Positions 1 through 12,978 of a stretch of DNA of 64,000 nucleotides are shown in pieces (position 1 is the stretch's first letter; each line of letters starts with the position of its first letter). The stretch covers positions 34,908,001-34,972,000 of the forward strand of contig CM059432.1 of the NCBI GenBank assembly GCA_030390025.1, read 5' to 3'. The translations under genes and the position numbers were made by a program. This stretch comes from Squalus acanthias. Lineage: Eukaryota. The notes under the pieces were generated by a model, which ran no database searches, was not told where the DNA came from, and saw only the letters and a program-made list of their open reading frames with translations.

Positions 1-492
1 TTGTCAAAATTGCAATGATTGATGGCGGGTTGGGAACCCGCTGCGAACCCGCCTCCATGTAAGTATCCAAAGCGTCAGGCCTGCGATTTCAGAACAGACC
101 CGACACCAAGCGGCGGGGGAGGCATTTAGGATACTTAACTGCTTATTAACTGCTTGTTAAATACTATTTTGCCAGCATTTTCCTATTTTCCCACATTTTC
201 AACGGCATTCACGTCGTTCAGAGATCACATCAGGTAAGTATGTCGGGTGTTCAATCGAGCTGAATAGTTCCCAGCTGCAACTGCAGTATAAAATCTAACC
301 TTTCACATCTGTTCAGTTTGCAATGTCAGAAGTTGCTGATTTCAGGATTGGGAAGACACATTTGATCTGTATCGAGGCTGTAAGTGTGTGTTGTAAACTC
401 TATATGCACTGACACCTCCTTGGAATAACTTCTCTCCCCATTGACTGATTGCTTCTACCATCTCATCCTCAACTGCCATATATAACAGCAGA

Positions 493-3400
493 ATGGCAAC
501 AATTTATACTCTCTCATCCTGGTCCTCAGAATCAGAAGATGATCACCGCAGCAGAACCAGGCACAGCAGCAGCACCAACAACAAGAGCGCCGACTTTCTC
601 CTCAGCCACCTGATGCTGCACAGGGCAGAGGCTGTCAGTGCAGGGCTGCACCGCGCCGCAGGAGATACCCCCAACACAGGGTTTACAGGCCGAGGATGAG
701 CTTCCTCAACATGAGTGAGCAGCAGTGCCAAAGGAGGCTGAGACTTTCGCGAGAGGTAGTCGCTGACATTTGCACAATGCTGCAACAACACCTGCAGCCC
801 AGAGAAGCGGGTGGACACTCCTTACCAGTGGCTGTCAAAGTCACCACCGCACTCAACTTCTTTGCGTCCGGCTCGTTCCAGGGATCAGCAACAGACATAA
901 GTGGTATCTCCCAGTCGGCCGCCCACAGATGCATCACGCAGGTCACCGATGACCTCTTTGATACGCCCACCAATTACATCCACTTTTCCACTGATGAAGC
1001 CAGTGTTACCAAGCGGGCGCTTGGCTTTGTCAATCTGGCTGGCTTCCCACAGGTGTAGGATGTCATCGACTGCACCCATGTGGCCATCAGGGCACCCCAC
1101 CAGGACCCAGCAGCATTTGTAAACCGCAAGGTCTTCCACTCCCTTCTTTCTCTTTCTTAGGCAGTCCCTCGGAACCGAGGATGACTTGCTTCCACATTAA
1201 AAATGAGTTTGCAGGTGACTGATGAGTCCAATGCGGGACCTACAGTCTCTGTCACAGGTGGGACAGACAGTGGTTGAAGGGGCGGGTGGGTGGGGTGCTT
1301 GGGTTTACGTGCGCTCCTTGCGCTGCCTGCGCTTGGCTTCCGCTTGCTCCCGGCGAAGAGACTCAAGGTGTTCGGCGCCTTCCCAGATGCTTCTCCTCCA
1401 CTATGTGCGGTCTTGGGCCAGGGATTCCCAGGTGTCGGTGGGGATGTTACACTTTTTCAAGGAGGCTTTGAGGGTGTCCTTGAAGCATTTCCTCTGCCCA
1501 CCTGGGGCTCTCTTGTCGTGCCGGAGCTCCGAGTAGAGCGCTTGTTTTGGGAGTCTCGTATCAGGCATGCGGACAATGTGACCCGTCCATCGGAGCTAAT
1601 CGAGCGTGGTCAAAGCTTCAATGCTGGGGATGTTGGCCTGAGCGAGAACACTGACGTTGGTGCACCTATCCTGCCAATGGATTTGCAGGATCTTGTGGAG
1701 GCAGCGTTGGTGGTACCTCTCCAGTGCTTTGAGGTGCCTGCTGTACATGGTCCATGTCTCTGAGGCATGCAGCAGGGCAGGTATCACTGTTGCTCTGTAG
1801 ACCATGAGCTTAGTGCCGGGTTTGAGGTCCTGGTCTTCAAACACTCTCTTCCTCAGGTGACCGATGGCTGCACTGGCACACTGAAGGCGGTGTTGGACTT
1901 CGTCATCGACGTCTGCCCTTGTTGACAGTAGGCTCCCGAAGTACGGAAAGTGGTCCACGTTGTACAAGGCCTTGTCATGGACTTTGATAATCGGGGGGCA
2001 GTACTGTGTGGCGGGGGCAGGTTGGTAGAGGACCTTTGTCTTACGGATATTTAGTGTAAGGCCCATGCTCTCGTACACTTCGGTGAAGGTGTTGACGATG
2101 GTTTGGAGTTCGACCTCCGAGTGAGCGCAGACGCAAGCGTTGTCTGCATACTGTAAATCGACGACAGAGGATGGGACGACCTTGGATCTGGACTGGAGGC
2201 GACGGAGATTGAACAGTTTCCCGTTTGTTCTGTAAATTAGCTCCACTCCAATGGGGAGCTTACTGAGGGTGAGATGGAGCATTGCAGCAAGGAAGATCGA
2301 GAAGAGCGTTGGTGCGATGACACAGCCTTGCTTGACCCCGGTTCGTACGTGAATTGGGTCTGTGGTGGATCCGTTGGTCAGGATCATAGCTTGCATGTAG
2401 TCGTGAAGCAGGCGGAGGATGGTGACAAACTTTTGAGGGTAGCCGAATTTGAGGAGGATACTCCATAATCCCTCACAGTTGATAGTGTCGAAGGCCTTTG
2501 TGAGATCAAAGAAGGCCTTGTACAGCGGTTGGTGCTGTTCCCTGCATTTATCTTGTAATTGACGTGCGGTGAAGATCATCTCCATTGGGCCCCTTAGTGG
2601 GCGGAATCCGCATTGCAACTCTGGGAGGAGCTCTTCGGCCACTGGGAGAAGGCGATTGAGGAGGATTCTTGCGATGACTTTCCCTGTGGCAGACAGCAGG
2701 GAAACTCCTCTGTAATTACCACAATTGGACTTGTCACCTTTCTTGAAGATGGTCACAATTACGGCATCTGAGATCCCCTGGCATGCTCTCCTCCTTCCAG
2801 ATAAGAAAAATGAGTTCATGGATTCGCACCAGTAGTGCTGCTCCGCCATGCTTTAGTGCCTCGGCGGGGATTCCATCCGCTCCTGAGGCCTTGTTGTTCT
2901 TCAGTTGTCGGATGGCCTTTTCAACCTCATGCCAGGCTGGGGTTGTGCTGAGATGGTGGTGGGTAGCATGCTGCGGGATGGAGTTGAGGACAGTTGCGTC
3001 GAAGACAGAGTCTCGGTTGAGGAGATCTTCGAAGTGCTCCTTCCAGCGAGCACTGACTGCCTCTCTGTCCTTGATGAGTACCTCTCCATTCTTGGCCCGC
3101 AGTGGGGCAAGGCCTTGGGTGCTTGGGCCGTAGATGGTCTTGACTGCGCTAAAGAATCCACGCACGTCGTGGTTGTTGGCTAGCTGCTGGATCTCCTGCG
3201 CTTTCTCCACCCACCATCTGTTCTTTAATTCGCGAGTTTTTTGTTGGACCTCAGCCTTCAGGCGTCTGTAGAGCTGCTTTCTTGCTCTCGAGTTCTGTTG
3301 CTGTTTCCAGATCAGGAATGCCTTGCGCTTGCAGCTTATTAGTTCCTGGATCTCCTGGTCGTTCTCGTCGAACCAGTCTTGGTGTTTCCTGGTCGAGTGA

Positions 3401-4200
3401 CCGAGCGTCTCTTCACAGGTGCTGATTATGGAGGCCTTGAGTGCAGACCAGGCGCTGTGGACACTCTGTGTCTCTGCATCACTGGGAGTCGTCAGGTTGG
3501 TTGTGAGGCACAGGCTGAATAGGGCCTTCTTAGCGGGGTCTTTGAGTGCTCCAGCGTTGATTTTCCTGCGGCAATGTTTCTGTTGCCGCCGCTGTTTTGG
3601 GGCTACATTGATGGCCATCAGGGCACCCCATCAGAACCCAGCAGCATTTGTAAACCGCAAGGGCTTCCACTCCCTTAACATGCAGCTGGTCTGCAACCAT
3701 ATGAAGAGCATCATACATGTGTGTGCGAGATTCCCTGGCAGCTGCCATGACTCTTACATCCTGCACCAGTCCACTTTCCCTCAGCTCTTCACTCCGCCAA
3801 ACGAACTTTCCAGCTGGCTCCTTGGAGACAAGGGCTATCCCCTGAAGACGTGGCTAATGACACCGCTGAGGAAGCCATCAAACGAGTCTGAGGAGCGTTA
3901 CAATCAAAGCCACATTTCCACCAGAAGCATCATAGAGCAAACAATAGGGTTGCTCAAAATGTGCTTCAGATGCCTGGACAGATCTGGTGGAGCCCTTCAG
4001 TACGCACCAGCCAGGGACTCGAGAATCGTCGTTGTCTGCTGCGCCCTGCACAAGAGCACACTGCAGCGAGGATTAGCGCAGAGCGCACAGCCTCTTCAGA
4101 GGAGGAGGAGGAGCAGAATGAGGTTCAGCAAGAGGAAGACCTGGAGGTGGCGGCTGACCCAGTGCGACCTGTGATGGCCTAATCAATGCCAGATTCACGT
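493..4200 (+). pseudogene. Harbinger (HARBI1-like) DDE transposase of element A, disrupted
   Basis: Motifs [61 protein letters not shown]. Frameshift near 600-700, stop at 1056-1058, RTE insertion at 1146-3611. Confidence 0.92.
1146..3611 (-). mobile_element. RTE-clade LINE, 5'-truncated
   Basis: ORFs 3618-2734 and 2849-1596 give RT motifs (NYRGVSLLS, FFDLTKAFD, GVKQGCVIAPTLF, LQYADN). The C-terminal CPTC..HLQTH motif lies near 1200-1270. (AAAG)-like 3' tail at 1146-1158; flanked by a 65-bp direct duplication. Frameshift and premature stops present. Confidence 0.93.
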
Positions 4201-6173
4201 AACTTTATGCAGCACAGACATGTGGCTGCCACATGCGCATGAAGGTTGGCATCACCCCACTGCAACACCATAGAGCATCTCTACAATGAACTGTTCAATC
4301 CTTGCACTCTCACCACCATTTCTGGACAATAAAGGCGCCCTTACCCTTGTCTATGCCCCTTCAATTTGTGACCACACATATGGCAACAAAATCAAACATT
4401 CAAAAAACATTACTTTATTACAACAAAATAAAAGAACAGAATCTTAACACTCATTTAAAGCAATTCACCCACGTGACTACCCTTGTGACTATTTCTGTCC
4501 GAGCTTTTTTTTACGCGAGCTTCTACGTGATGCTACCTCTGTGGCTTCACCAAATGTAGAGGCAGCCTGCTCACTTCCCTGCTGTGCCTGCTTAGACTCC
4601 TTTGGCGGTCGTCCTCTGGGTTTTGGAGCCTTTGAGGACCCCACCAGCTATGCAGGGGCAGACTCGGCCATCACTGTTCGAGGAGGCACATGGGACTCTG
4701 ACCGAGGGGTTGGCAAGAGGGGAGGAAGTGTGAGCGCTTGCAGAGGAGCCCCCACTTCCATGTCCCCTCCCACCATCATCCCTCTCATGGGCCACCCACA
4801 CTTCTCTGCGAGCAAGGAGCTGGAAAGCACCTTGCTGCACATCAGTGGGACCATGAGGACCCATTTCTGTGCTGACATTCCTCATAACAAGGACGTCCAT
4901 GACCTTTGGTTTCTCTCCTCAATAGATGCCCATCTATCCTCCATAGATGACCATCTATTTAGAAGTGTTACCATGTTCTCCTGAGTCTGGCGATTTATAT
5001 CCTCCATGGAGGTTGCCATCCTTTCCATGGCGGAACCTACAGTTGCCAGTGTGTGCGCCATGGCATTGCTCATATTTGAGATGGACTCCTCCATTCTCTG
5101 CACACTCGCAGTCACCGTGGTTGCAAACCCTGTCAGAGCCTCCTGCACTTGCTCCTGAAGCTCCAGAACCGCCCTCTTCCTGGATGGCCCCTGAGGCTCA
5201 GCATCTGCATGCAGCTCAGCAGAGCTAGGAGGGTCCTGCAGCCTCTGACAAGGAGTCTCCACTGCTGTCCCTGTCTCCACCATCTGATCTTGCTCACTTG
5301 TGAGCTGTGATACACCAGGTGACAACACTACTCTATCTTGCATAGGACCCACCGAGGTGTGCGTCTCTGCGGTGCTGGGTGCACTCATTTGTGCTGATGC
5401 TGCTCCTGTCAGAGGTTACAGGAGCCTCTGAGGAGTCCTCCTGCTCTTCCTCCTGGACAGTGGGGGGGGGGGGGCACTCTTGATGGTCCTGTGGGAGAGT
5501 AAAGACATGAATTAGACATGTGATATGTAGATTGCAGACACATCCCATTATGCACATGATGAGCATTCAATTTCTATTGACATCAGGTCACAATCGAGTC
5601 ACTCATGATTGCAAAATAAGATGTCTGGAAAATAATTCTGTCACCAGGTTGTTCTAATGAGCCCCTCTCTCCGTCCCCCACTTCAGGCTGGTCAACTTCT
5701 CCTGCGATGTCCAGAGCTGCCTCCTCAGCACTGGTGAGCTCAGCCAGCGATGGTGCTCCTCCTCCTGTTCTCTCCTACTCCCTCTTATTGTGGGCTCTCT
5801 TTTCGTGCAATGAGGGAAAGAAGTGCAGTTTTAATGAGAGTGATGGAATGAGTATAAAGAATGGATAGGATAGATGTTTAGAGGGAGACTATGGGCTGGA
5901 TTTTGTCATTGGGGGCGGGCTGGGGGCGTGTCAGGTGGTCGGCGTGTCAGGACCCCGCCTCCGATGTGAGGCGGGACAAAAGTGCGATTTTGCCCTAATT
6001 GGGCACTTGATTTCCAGCGTGTGGGAACCCCTGGCCCAATGAGTCTTTTGATACTGAAACTCGCCTCCGATGACGTCATCGATGCAGCTGGATTTAAGGC
6101 CTGCAAGGAGCCTTGGTACTTTTTCAGCCTTTCAACTTTATCATCATACTTCTGAGGGATTCCTACTGCAACT

Positions 6174-8148
6174 ATGTCCAGCACCAGACCAAAGTGTGCA
6201 CCCTGATTCGATGACGCCTCCCTCCAAGCTCTGGTGGAGGGAGCAAGAGCAAATAAGGAAGTGCTCTTTCCTTCTTTCAGGGAGGAAAAAGCCTCCACAA
6301 CAGACCAAAGCTGTGTGGCTGCAAGTGGCACAGGAGGTGAATGCCATATCAATGTGCAGCAGAATCTGGCTGCAGTGTAGAAAGAGGTTTCATGACCTTC
6401 TCTGCACAGGAAAAGTGAGTATTCCATTCCCATGACCCACAATCTGATCCCCATCGCCTCTCATCACCAGCACTCTGCTTTGTCAACCTCCTCCCCACAT
6501 CCCATTTCACCCTTACATCCCTGCACCCTTAACCATTCCCTCTCTCTGTATGTTCACATTCACTTAACTATTCGACTATGCAGCCCTCACACTCCCTATC
6601 ACTGTGATGCTATGACAACAACTTACAACACACAGGGAGGGCCCTTGATCTTGGCACCTCACTCCATCTTTGTGTCCTTCTAAGCATCTATGCTATGGAT
6701 TCTCTACACTCACTCCTTCATTCTCACTCAAACTCCACTTGTGTCCCTCATTGCAGGAAAAAAGAGCCCACAATAAGAGGGAGAGGGCGAGGACAGGAGG
6801 AGGGCCACCCTCAATAGCCCAGCTCACCACTGCGGAGGAGGCGGCCCTGGAGATCGTGGGAGTGGAGGAGGATGCGCAAGTGGGGGACAGACAGACGGGC
6901 GCATCAGAGCAAGCTGGTGACAGAATAGTTTTTAATCTCTCTCATTGACATTGCATGAGTGACTGATATTGATTCTGATGCTCTAACAGATTGACTTATG
7001 ATCATCTACACAATTCAATGTGCATGCAACGTTTATCTCACATGTCTAACTCTCCTTTATTCCCCCACAGGACCATCGACAGCCCCCGTCCCCGCTGTCC
7101 AGGAGGAACAGCCTGAGCTTCAAGACTCCTCAGAGGAAGCTGCAACCTCTGAATTCAGCACACCCAGCACCAGCGCAGACACTCACACCTCGGTGGGACC
7201 TTCGCGAGATAGAGTAGTGTTGTCACCTGGTGTATCACAGCTCACAAGTGAGCATCAACAGATGGTGGAGACAGAGACAGCAGTGTAGAGTCCTCGTCGG
7301 AGGGTGCAGGACTCTCCCAGCTCGGCTCCGCTGCATGTCGACCCTGTGCCTCTGGGTCCATCCAGAAGGAGAGCGGTGCTGGAACTCCAGGAACAGGTGC
7401 AGGAGTCTCTGGCAGGTTTTGTCTCCAGGGTCGCTGTGAGTGTGGAGCGAATGGAGGAGACCATCGCTAACATGAGCAGGGCCTTTGTGGAAGCATTGAC
7501 GCATGAACGCATCACCATGGAAAGGATGGCAACCTCCGTGGAATAGATGGCAACCTCCATGGAAAGGATGGCTACCTCCATGGTAAGGCTGGCTACATGT
7601 AGAGGAGAGGATGGCTACCGTAGAGGAAAGGATGGCTACGGCCATGGAGGAGCTTAGTCGCCAGGGTCTTGAAAACATGGTCATTGTTCAGAATAGACTG
7701 ACATCTCTTGAGGAGCGATGGTCAGCTATTGAGCAGAGAAACCAGACCTTCATGGAAGTCCTCATGGCCCCCCTGAACTGCAGCAAGGTGCTGTCAAGCC
7801 ACTTGCTAACTCTGAAGTGGGCTGACCCATGAGAGGGATGTTGGTGGCAGAGAACAAGGAAGTGGGGGCTCCTCTCCAAGCGCTCACACGACCATGCCAC
7901 TGCATAGCCCTCAGTCAGAGCCCCACCAGAGTCCTCACCCAACTGAGATCAGCGTCTCAGCCCCTGCACAGCCGCAGGAGCAGCATACTGTTGTCGAGCC
8001 CTCTCAGGCTCGCAACCCCAGAGGACGCCTACCAAAGGTGTCGAGGCAGGAGCAGCAAGAAAGTGAGCAAGGGGCCTCCACATCTGCTGAAGCCACAGGG
8101 GAAGCACCACGTAGGAGCACGCGTAAGAGGAAAATAAAGCACAAGTAG
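6174..8148 (+). pseudogene. Myb/SANT-like gene of element B (exons 6174-6414, 6757-6916, 7071-8148)
   Basis: TKAVWLQVAQEVN..WLQCRKRFHDL with GTGAGT donor 6415; AG acceptors ending 6756 and 7070; basic C-terminus PRRSTRKRKIKHK. In-frame stops and frameshifts present. Confidence 0.85.
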
Positions 8149-8944
8149 TCACAAGGGTAGTCATTTGGGTGTTCTATTGTGTTTATTTTTGAAATGCCAT
8201 CCGTGAATTGTTGTGATAAAAAAAATTTGATGGCAAACTGTTGAAGTTGTGGCCTGTGTCATTTCGCAAATGGGACTTCCACATTGAGGTCTTAGGGCGA
8301 CTTGTAATTGTCAGTATGGTGGTCAGAGTGATAGGAATCTGCAGGTTCTTGGCCATTGTCGATGCTCTGGTAAGAAGGTGCGAGGCAAAAGTGTTTGATT
8401 GGGCAGGCCAAGCAAATCTGGCCAAGATGAGTGCGTCCCTTGCATCCCAGGCAGCAATGTGCTCGCGTGCTGCTGCCGCTGGTTGATGCGCCTCCGCAAC
8501 CTGTTCATTGTCGCTCTCCTCCTCCTCATCTGAGGAGGCTATGCGATGAGTCACTTGTACCTCAGGCATCTGCAAGCCACGATGCTGTGCCATGTTGTGA
8601 AGTGCACAGCAGACCACAATGATTCTGGAGACCCTGGCTGCTGAGTACTGCAGGGCTCCACCTGATCTATCAAGGCACCTGAATCGCATCTTCAGCAAGC
8701 CAATGGTTTGCTCGATTATGGATCTGGTGGAAATGTGGATGGAGTTGTAGCACTCCTCAGCTTCGTTGGATGGGCTCCTCAACGGCGTCATTAACCACGT
8801 CTTCTGGGGCTAGCCCTTGTCTCCAAGTAGCCATCCGAAAAGTTGGTCTGGCGGACTGAAGAGTGGAGGCACACTAGACTGGCGCAGGATGAAGGAGTCA
8901 TGGCAACTGCCAGGGTACTTGGCGCAAACATGCAAAATTTCCTT

Positions 8945-9734
8945 ATTAGCATTCCGAAGGGACCGCTCCCTCCGCGACACCCTGGTCCACTCCTCAATCA
9001 CCCCTAACAGCCCTTCTCCTTCGCCTGGCACCTTCCCGTGCAAGCGCAGGAGATGCAACACCTGCCCTTTTACCTCCTCCCTTCCCACTGTCCAGGGCCC
9101 CAAACACCCCTTCCAGGTGAAACAGCGATTTACTTGTACTTCTTGCAATTTAATATACTGTATTCGCTGCTCACGATGCGGTCTCCTCTACATTGGGGAG
9201 ACCAAACGCAGATTGGGTGACCGCTTTGCGGAACACCTCCGTTCAGTCCGTAAGGGGGACCCCGAGCTCCCGGTGGCCTGTCACTTTAATTCTCCGCTTC
9301 ACTCCCACTCTGATCTCTCTGTCCTCGGCCTATTACACTGTTCCAATGTAGCTCAACGTAATTTCGAGGAACAGCACCTCATCTTTCGATGAGGCACCCT
9401 ACAGCCTTCTGGACTCAACATCGAGTTCAACAATTTCAGACAATAATCCCTGCCCCCATTTTTCATGCTGTATGATTTTGCCATTCCCATTTGCAACATT
9501 TTATCTTTCCTGCCTCTTACAAAAGCACAGTATGTTCTTTCAATTCCTTCCTCCCCTCCTAAACCTCCCCCCCCACCCCCCCACCCCCCCGTCTCTGCAC
9601 CTGCTTAATATCTGTTACATCTCCAGCTTTTTCCAGTTCTGATGAAGGGTCCCAGACCTGAAACGTTAACTCTGTTTCTCTCTCCACGGATGCTGCCTGG
9701 CCTGCTGAGTATTTCCAGCATTTTCTGTTGTTAT
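8945..9734 (+). mobile_element. Penelope-like element 3' fragment with GIY-YIG endonuclease
   Basis: [35 protein letters not shown] is a GIY-YIG signature. 14-bp TSD TGCAAAATTTCCTT at 8931-8944 and 9735-9748. Confidence 0.92.
9634..9674 (+). ncRNA. Minimal type I hammerhead ribozyme motif in the Penelope 3' region
   Basis: CAGTT-CTGATGA-A-GGGTC(CCA)GACCT-GAAA-CGTT^AACTCTG: both core boxes, stem II, palindromic stem III (AACGTT) and stem I (AGTT/AACT). Activity untested. Confidence 0.7.
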
Positions 9735-11870
9735 TGCAAAATTTCCTTCTTGTGGTCACACACCAGTTGCATGTTGAGGGAGTGGAAGCACTTGCGGTTG
9801 ACAAAAATACCTGGATTGTGATGGGGTGCCTTAAGGGCCACATGTGTGCAGTCAACGACGCCGTGCACTCTTGGAAAGCCTGCCAGATTAGCCAATCCAA
9901 CTGCACACGCGGTTACACTTGCTTGATCCTTGGAGAAGCTGATGTAATTGTGCGCGATGGCAAAGAGGGCATCGGTTACCTGCGTGATGCAAGTGTGTGC
10001 GGCCGCCTGGGAGACACCGCTGATGTCTGCTGTTGATCCCTGGAATGAGCCTGAAGCAAAAAAGTCGAGTGCGGTGGTGACTTTGACGGCCACTGGTAAG
10101 GGGTGTCCACCCGCTCCTCTGGGCTCCAGGTCTTGCTGCAGCATTGCGCAGATGTCACCCACTACCTCTCGCAAAAGTCTGAGCCTCCTTTGGCACTGCT
10201 GCTCAGTCATGTTGAGGTAGCTCATCCTCTGTCTGTAGACCCTGTTTTGGGGGTACCTCCTGCGGCGATGTGCTTCCATGCGCTGGCACCTTCTGGCCTG
10301 TGCAGCTTCAGGTGGGTGAGCAGCAGCTTGGCGCTCCTGTTGTTGCTGCTGCTGTTGGTGCTGCTGTTGTTCATGGTTCTGCTGCTGCCGCGGCTGGTCT
10401 TCGTCCGAATCTGAGGTCCAGGAGGAAAGGAAATAAATGGTTCCCATTCTTCTGGTATATGCCTCAGTTGAGGAAGCGCTCAGTCAAGGTGGGGAGAGGG
10501 GTTTCCCAGGAGGTCACACTGGAGATGGGTCTCAGGCTCCAAACTTCCACAACAATGAGTAGGCCTGCTAAAAGTTCCCCCAGACCTGAGACAACAAAGT
10601 TCTGCCACCTGCAAATGATGATTGCTGAAAACTCTTTTTAATGGTGGAGCTGCAGCTGCTAGTAAGCAGTCCACTTAACTGGCGTGTTCCAGAGGAGATG
10701 TGCAGCATGGGGGAAATGTGTTAAATTCAGAAAGGCCTCTCAAAATGGGATTATAGAGGCACTTAACTGGTTGTTAAGGGCCTTAAGGGCCTATCCCGCC
10801 TCTTGGAGTCTGAAACCCCGATTTTGGGAAAATTGCTCGGAGGCGGGCTGGAGGCAGGATCGGATCTGCCCGCTATTTTTTGCGATTTTAACACCTCACA
10901 TGCCTCCAAACCCACCTCCTCAGGCCTGGCAAAATCGAGCCCTCTGATGGAGTGAGGTGCCAATACCAAGTTGCCACCTTTTGAGTTGTTGTCATTGCAT
11001 AACGTTGAGGGTGAGTGTGAGGGGTGCATAGTAAGCTGGGGATGTGATTCTGTAGATAGGGAGACAGGGATGGGTGATGGTGCAAGGGATGTTGGGTTGA
11101 GTTAGGATGTGCAGGAGTAGGGTTGGCAATACAGAGTGATGGGGATGTGATGACAGGCACAGCAGAATTAAGGTAAGTTTGCTTTTATACTCATTTTTCC
11201 TGAACGCAGGAAATCATTGAACCTCTTCCTGCATTGCATCCAGGTGCGAGCAACAACAGACCTTGCAGTGACCTCCTCAGCTATTTGCAGCCAGGCTGCC
11301 TTGGTCTGGTGAGGAGGTCTCCTCCTTCCATTCCCAGGGAACAGAGCCTCCCTGCGTCCTCTGACTCCTTCCACAAGAACATGGAGGGAGTCATCGTTGA
11401 AGCGTGGCGCCGCCCTCTGTCTCTGTGCAGTCAATTTGCAATCAAGCAGCACTTAGGAGTGTGGAAGTAGAAGTGAGAGCAAATGAGGACACGGCCCCCT
11501 TAAATACACCGGCAGCAAACGCGTCATCAGAGGAGCTCAACTGACCTGCACCTAGTGATTGGGCCGGGTAACGCACACTGAGGGCTTAACAAGCCCAATC
11601 AACGGAAAATTGTTTGCGCAGAGCGGCTGCAGCCGGGAGCAGGACCGGAACCCGCCAACTACCTCTCCCGCCACGAACGCGCCTCAGCTGATAAAATCCA
11701 GCCCCATGTGTTTATCTAGGTATCCCTTAAATGTATCTATGTGATTCGCCTCAACTACTCCTTGTGGCAGAAAGTTCCACATTCTAACCACTCTCTGGGT
11801 AAAGAAGTTGCTCCTGAATTCCCTATTGGATTTATTCGTGACTATCTTATATTTATGGTCCCTAGTTTTG

Positions 11871-12716
11871 GAGCTGGATTTTGAGAATGGAGGCGAGTTG
11901 GAGGCGGGACTGCCGTTTGTCGTGTCAATGTCCCGCCTCCATCCTCGCCTGACCATTCAGAGGGATTTTCCCCCTGATTGAGCTTGTTAAGCCCGCCCTG
12001 CGGGCTCAGCAAGCCAATTAGGGAAGAAGTCACTGACAGATCACGTCAATGTCAAACGTGCTATCTGTCAAGACTTCTTGAAAGAAGAAATGACAGCGTT
12101 TGACAGCTCACTGAAGCTGTCAAACACTGACATTCTCTTTAGTTTGATGAGTCTTTGTGGTAAGGACTCAACAAACATTGAAAATAAGTAAATTTCAGAT
12201 GTCTGATGGATCGGAGGGTCCATCAGCCATTACCTGAAATTGACACGGTGGATGTCCGCTCTCCTGATCCAGCACGGCTATAGGCTATAGAAGGAAAAAA
12301 AGGTAAGTGAACACTTTTTTAAACTTATCACTCACCTTACATACTTACCACTCCACACTTGCACCCATCACTCACCACTACCCCTTACTTCCAGGTGCCT
12401 CTGACCACCACAGACCTCCTCCATGTCTTCTCCAACCCGGCGGGGTTCTCCGAGGTCGGGAAGCCTTCACCTGTGAAGGTAAAATGGCACTAATCCTCTT
12501 TTCTGCCTGTTAACTACCTGTTAACAGGCAGTTAAAAGGATTAAAAGCCTTTCTCGCCTCCAGGAGACGGGACCCGAAGCTGCACATCTTCCCGCCTCCT
12601 GGCAAAAGGGCATGGAGGCGGGATGGGGGCAGGTTTGCCATCCGCCCCCAATTTCTCCGATTTTACGGGCTGTCCCGCCTCCATGCCCACCTCCTCGGGG
12701 TTGGAAAATCCAGCCC
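11871..12716. mobile_element. Non-autonomous Harbinger (MITE)
   Basis: GAGCTGGATTTT...AAAATCCAGCCC with TSD TTG; splits CR1 sequence cleanly. Confidence 0.88.
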
Positions 12717-12978
12717 TTGGTCTCCCCCACAAGTGGAAACATCTTCTCTACGGCTACCCTGTTCAATCTTTCCTGATAGGATTTTATAATAAGAACACCA
12801 GAACTGTGCATGGCACTCCAAGTATGGTCGAACCAAGGTTTTATACAAATTTAACATAACTTCTCTGCTTTTCAATTCTATCCCTCTAGAAATGAACCCC
12901 AGTGTTTTGTTTGCTATTTTTATGATCTTATTAACCTACATCTCTATTTTTCGTGATTTGTATATCTGTACCCCTAGA

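Larger units (their letters stand above)
8380..10447 (-). pseudogene. Harbinger DDE transposase of element B, disrupted
   Basis: ORF 10447-9731 (poly-Q N-terminus, GVVDCTHV), [14 protein letters not shown] at 8810-8930, [15 protein letters not shown] in 8791-8183. Interrupted by a Penelope insert and a frameshift near 8810. Confidence 0.92.
5893..10942 (-). mobile_element. PIF/Harbinger element B nested in element A
   Basis: TIRs GGGCTGGATTTT (5893) and AAAATCGAGCCC (ends 10942); flanks TAT/TCT. Element A intron sequence resumes on both sides. Contains convergent Myb (+) and transposase (-) genes. Confidence 0.9.
4480..11452 (-). pseudogene. Myb/SANT-like partner gene of element A (exons ~11430-11190, ~5806-5645, ~5489-4490)
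   Basis: RAAPRFNDDSLHVLVEGV..AWLQIAEEV..RTWMQCRKRFNDFLR in exon 1 and KRAHNKRE..RTGGG in exon 2. Exon 3 is homologous to element B exon 3. Intron 1 is interrupted by element B. Confidence 0.85.
1..11704 (+). mobile_element. PIF/Harbinger element A (degenerate, two-gene, host of nested insertions; left end outside window)
   Basis: HARBI1-type transposase on +, Myb/SANT gene on -, right TIR AAAATCCAGCCC ending 11704, followed directly by CR1 sequence. The window begins ttgtc, which may be the tail of a left GGGCTGGATTTTGTC TIR. Confidence 0.85.

Noticed and set aside
3419..4174. 251-aa ORF as an intact HARBI1 gene
   Set aside because: Chimera of antisense RTE sequence and the C-terminal half of the interrupted transposase.
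8810..9392. Transposase/GIY-YIG fusion gene
   Set aside because: The domains are on opposite strands and the 14-bp TSD shows a simple insertion.
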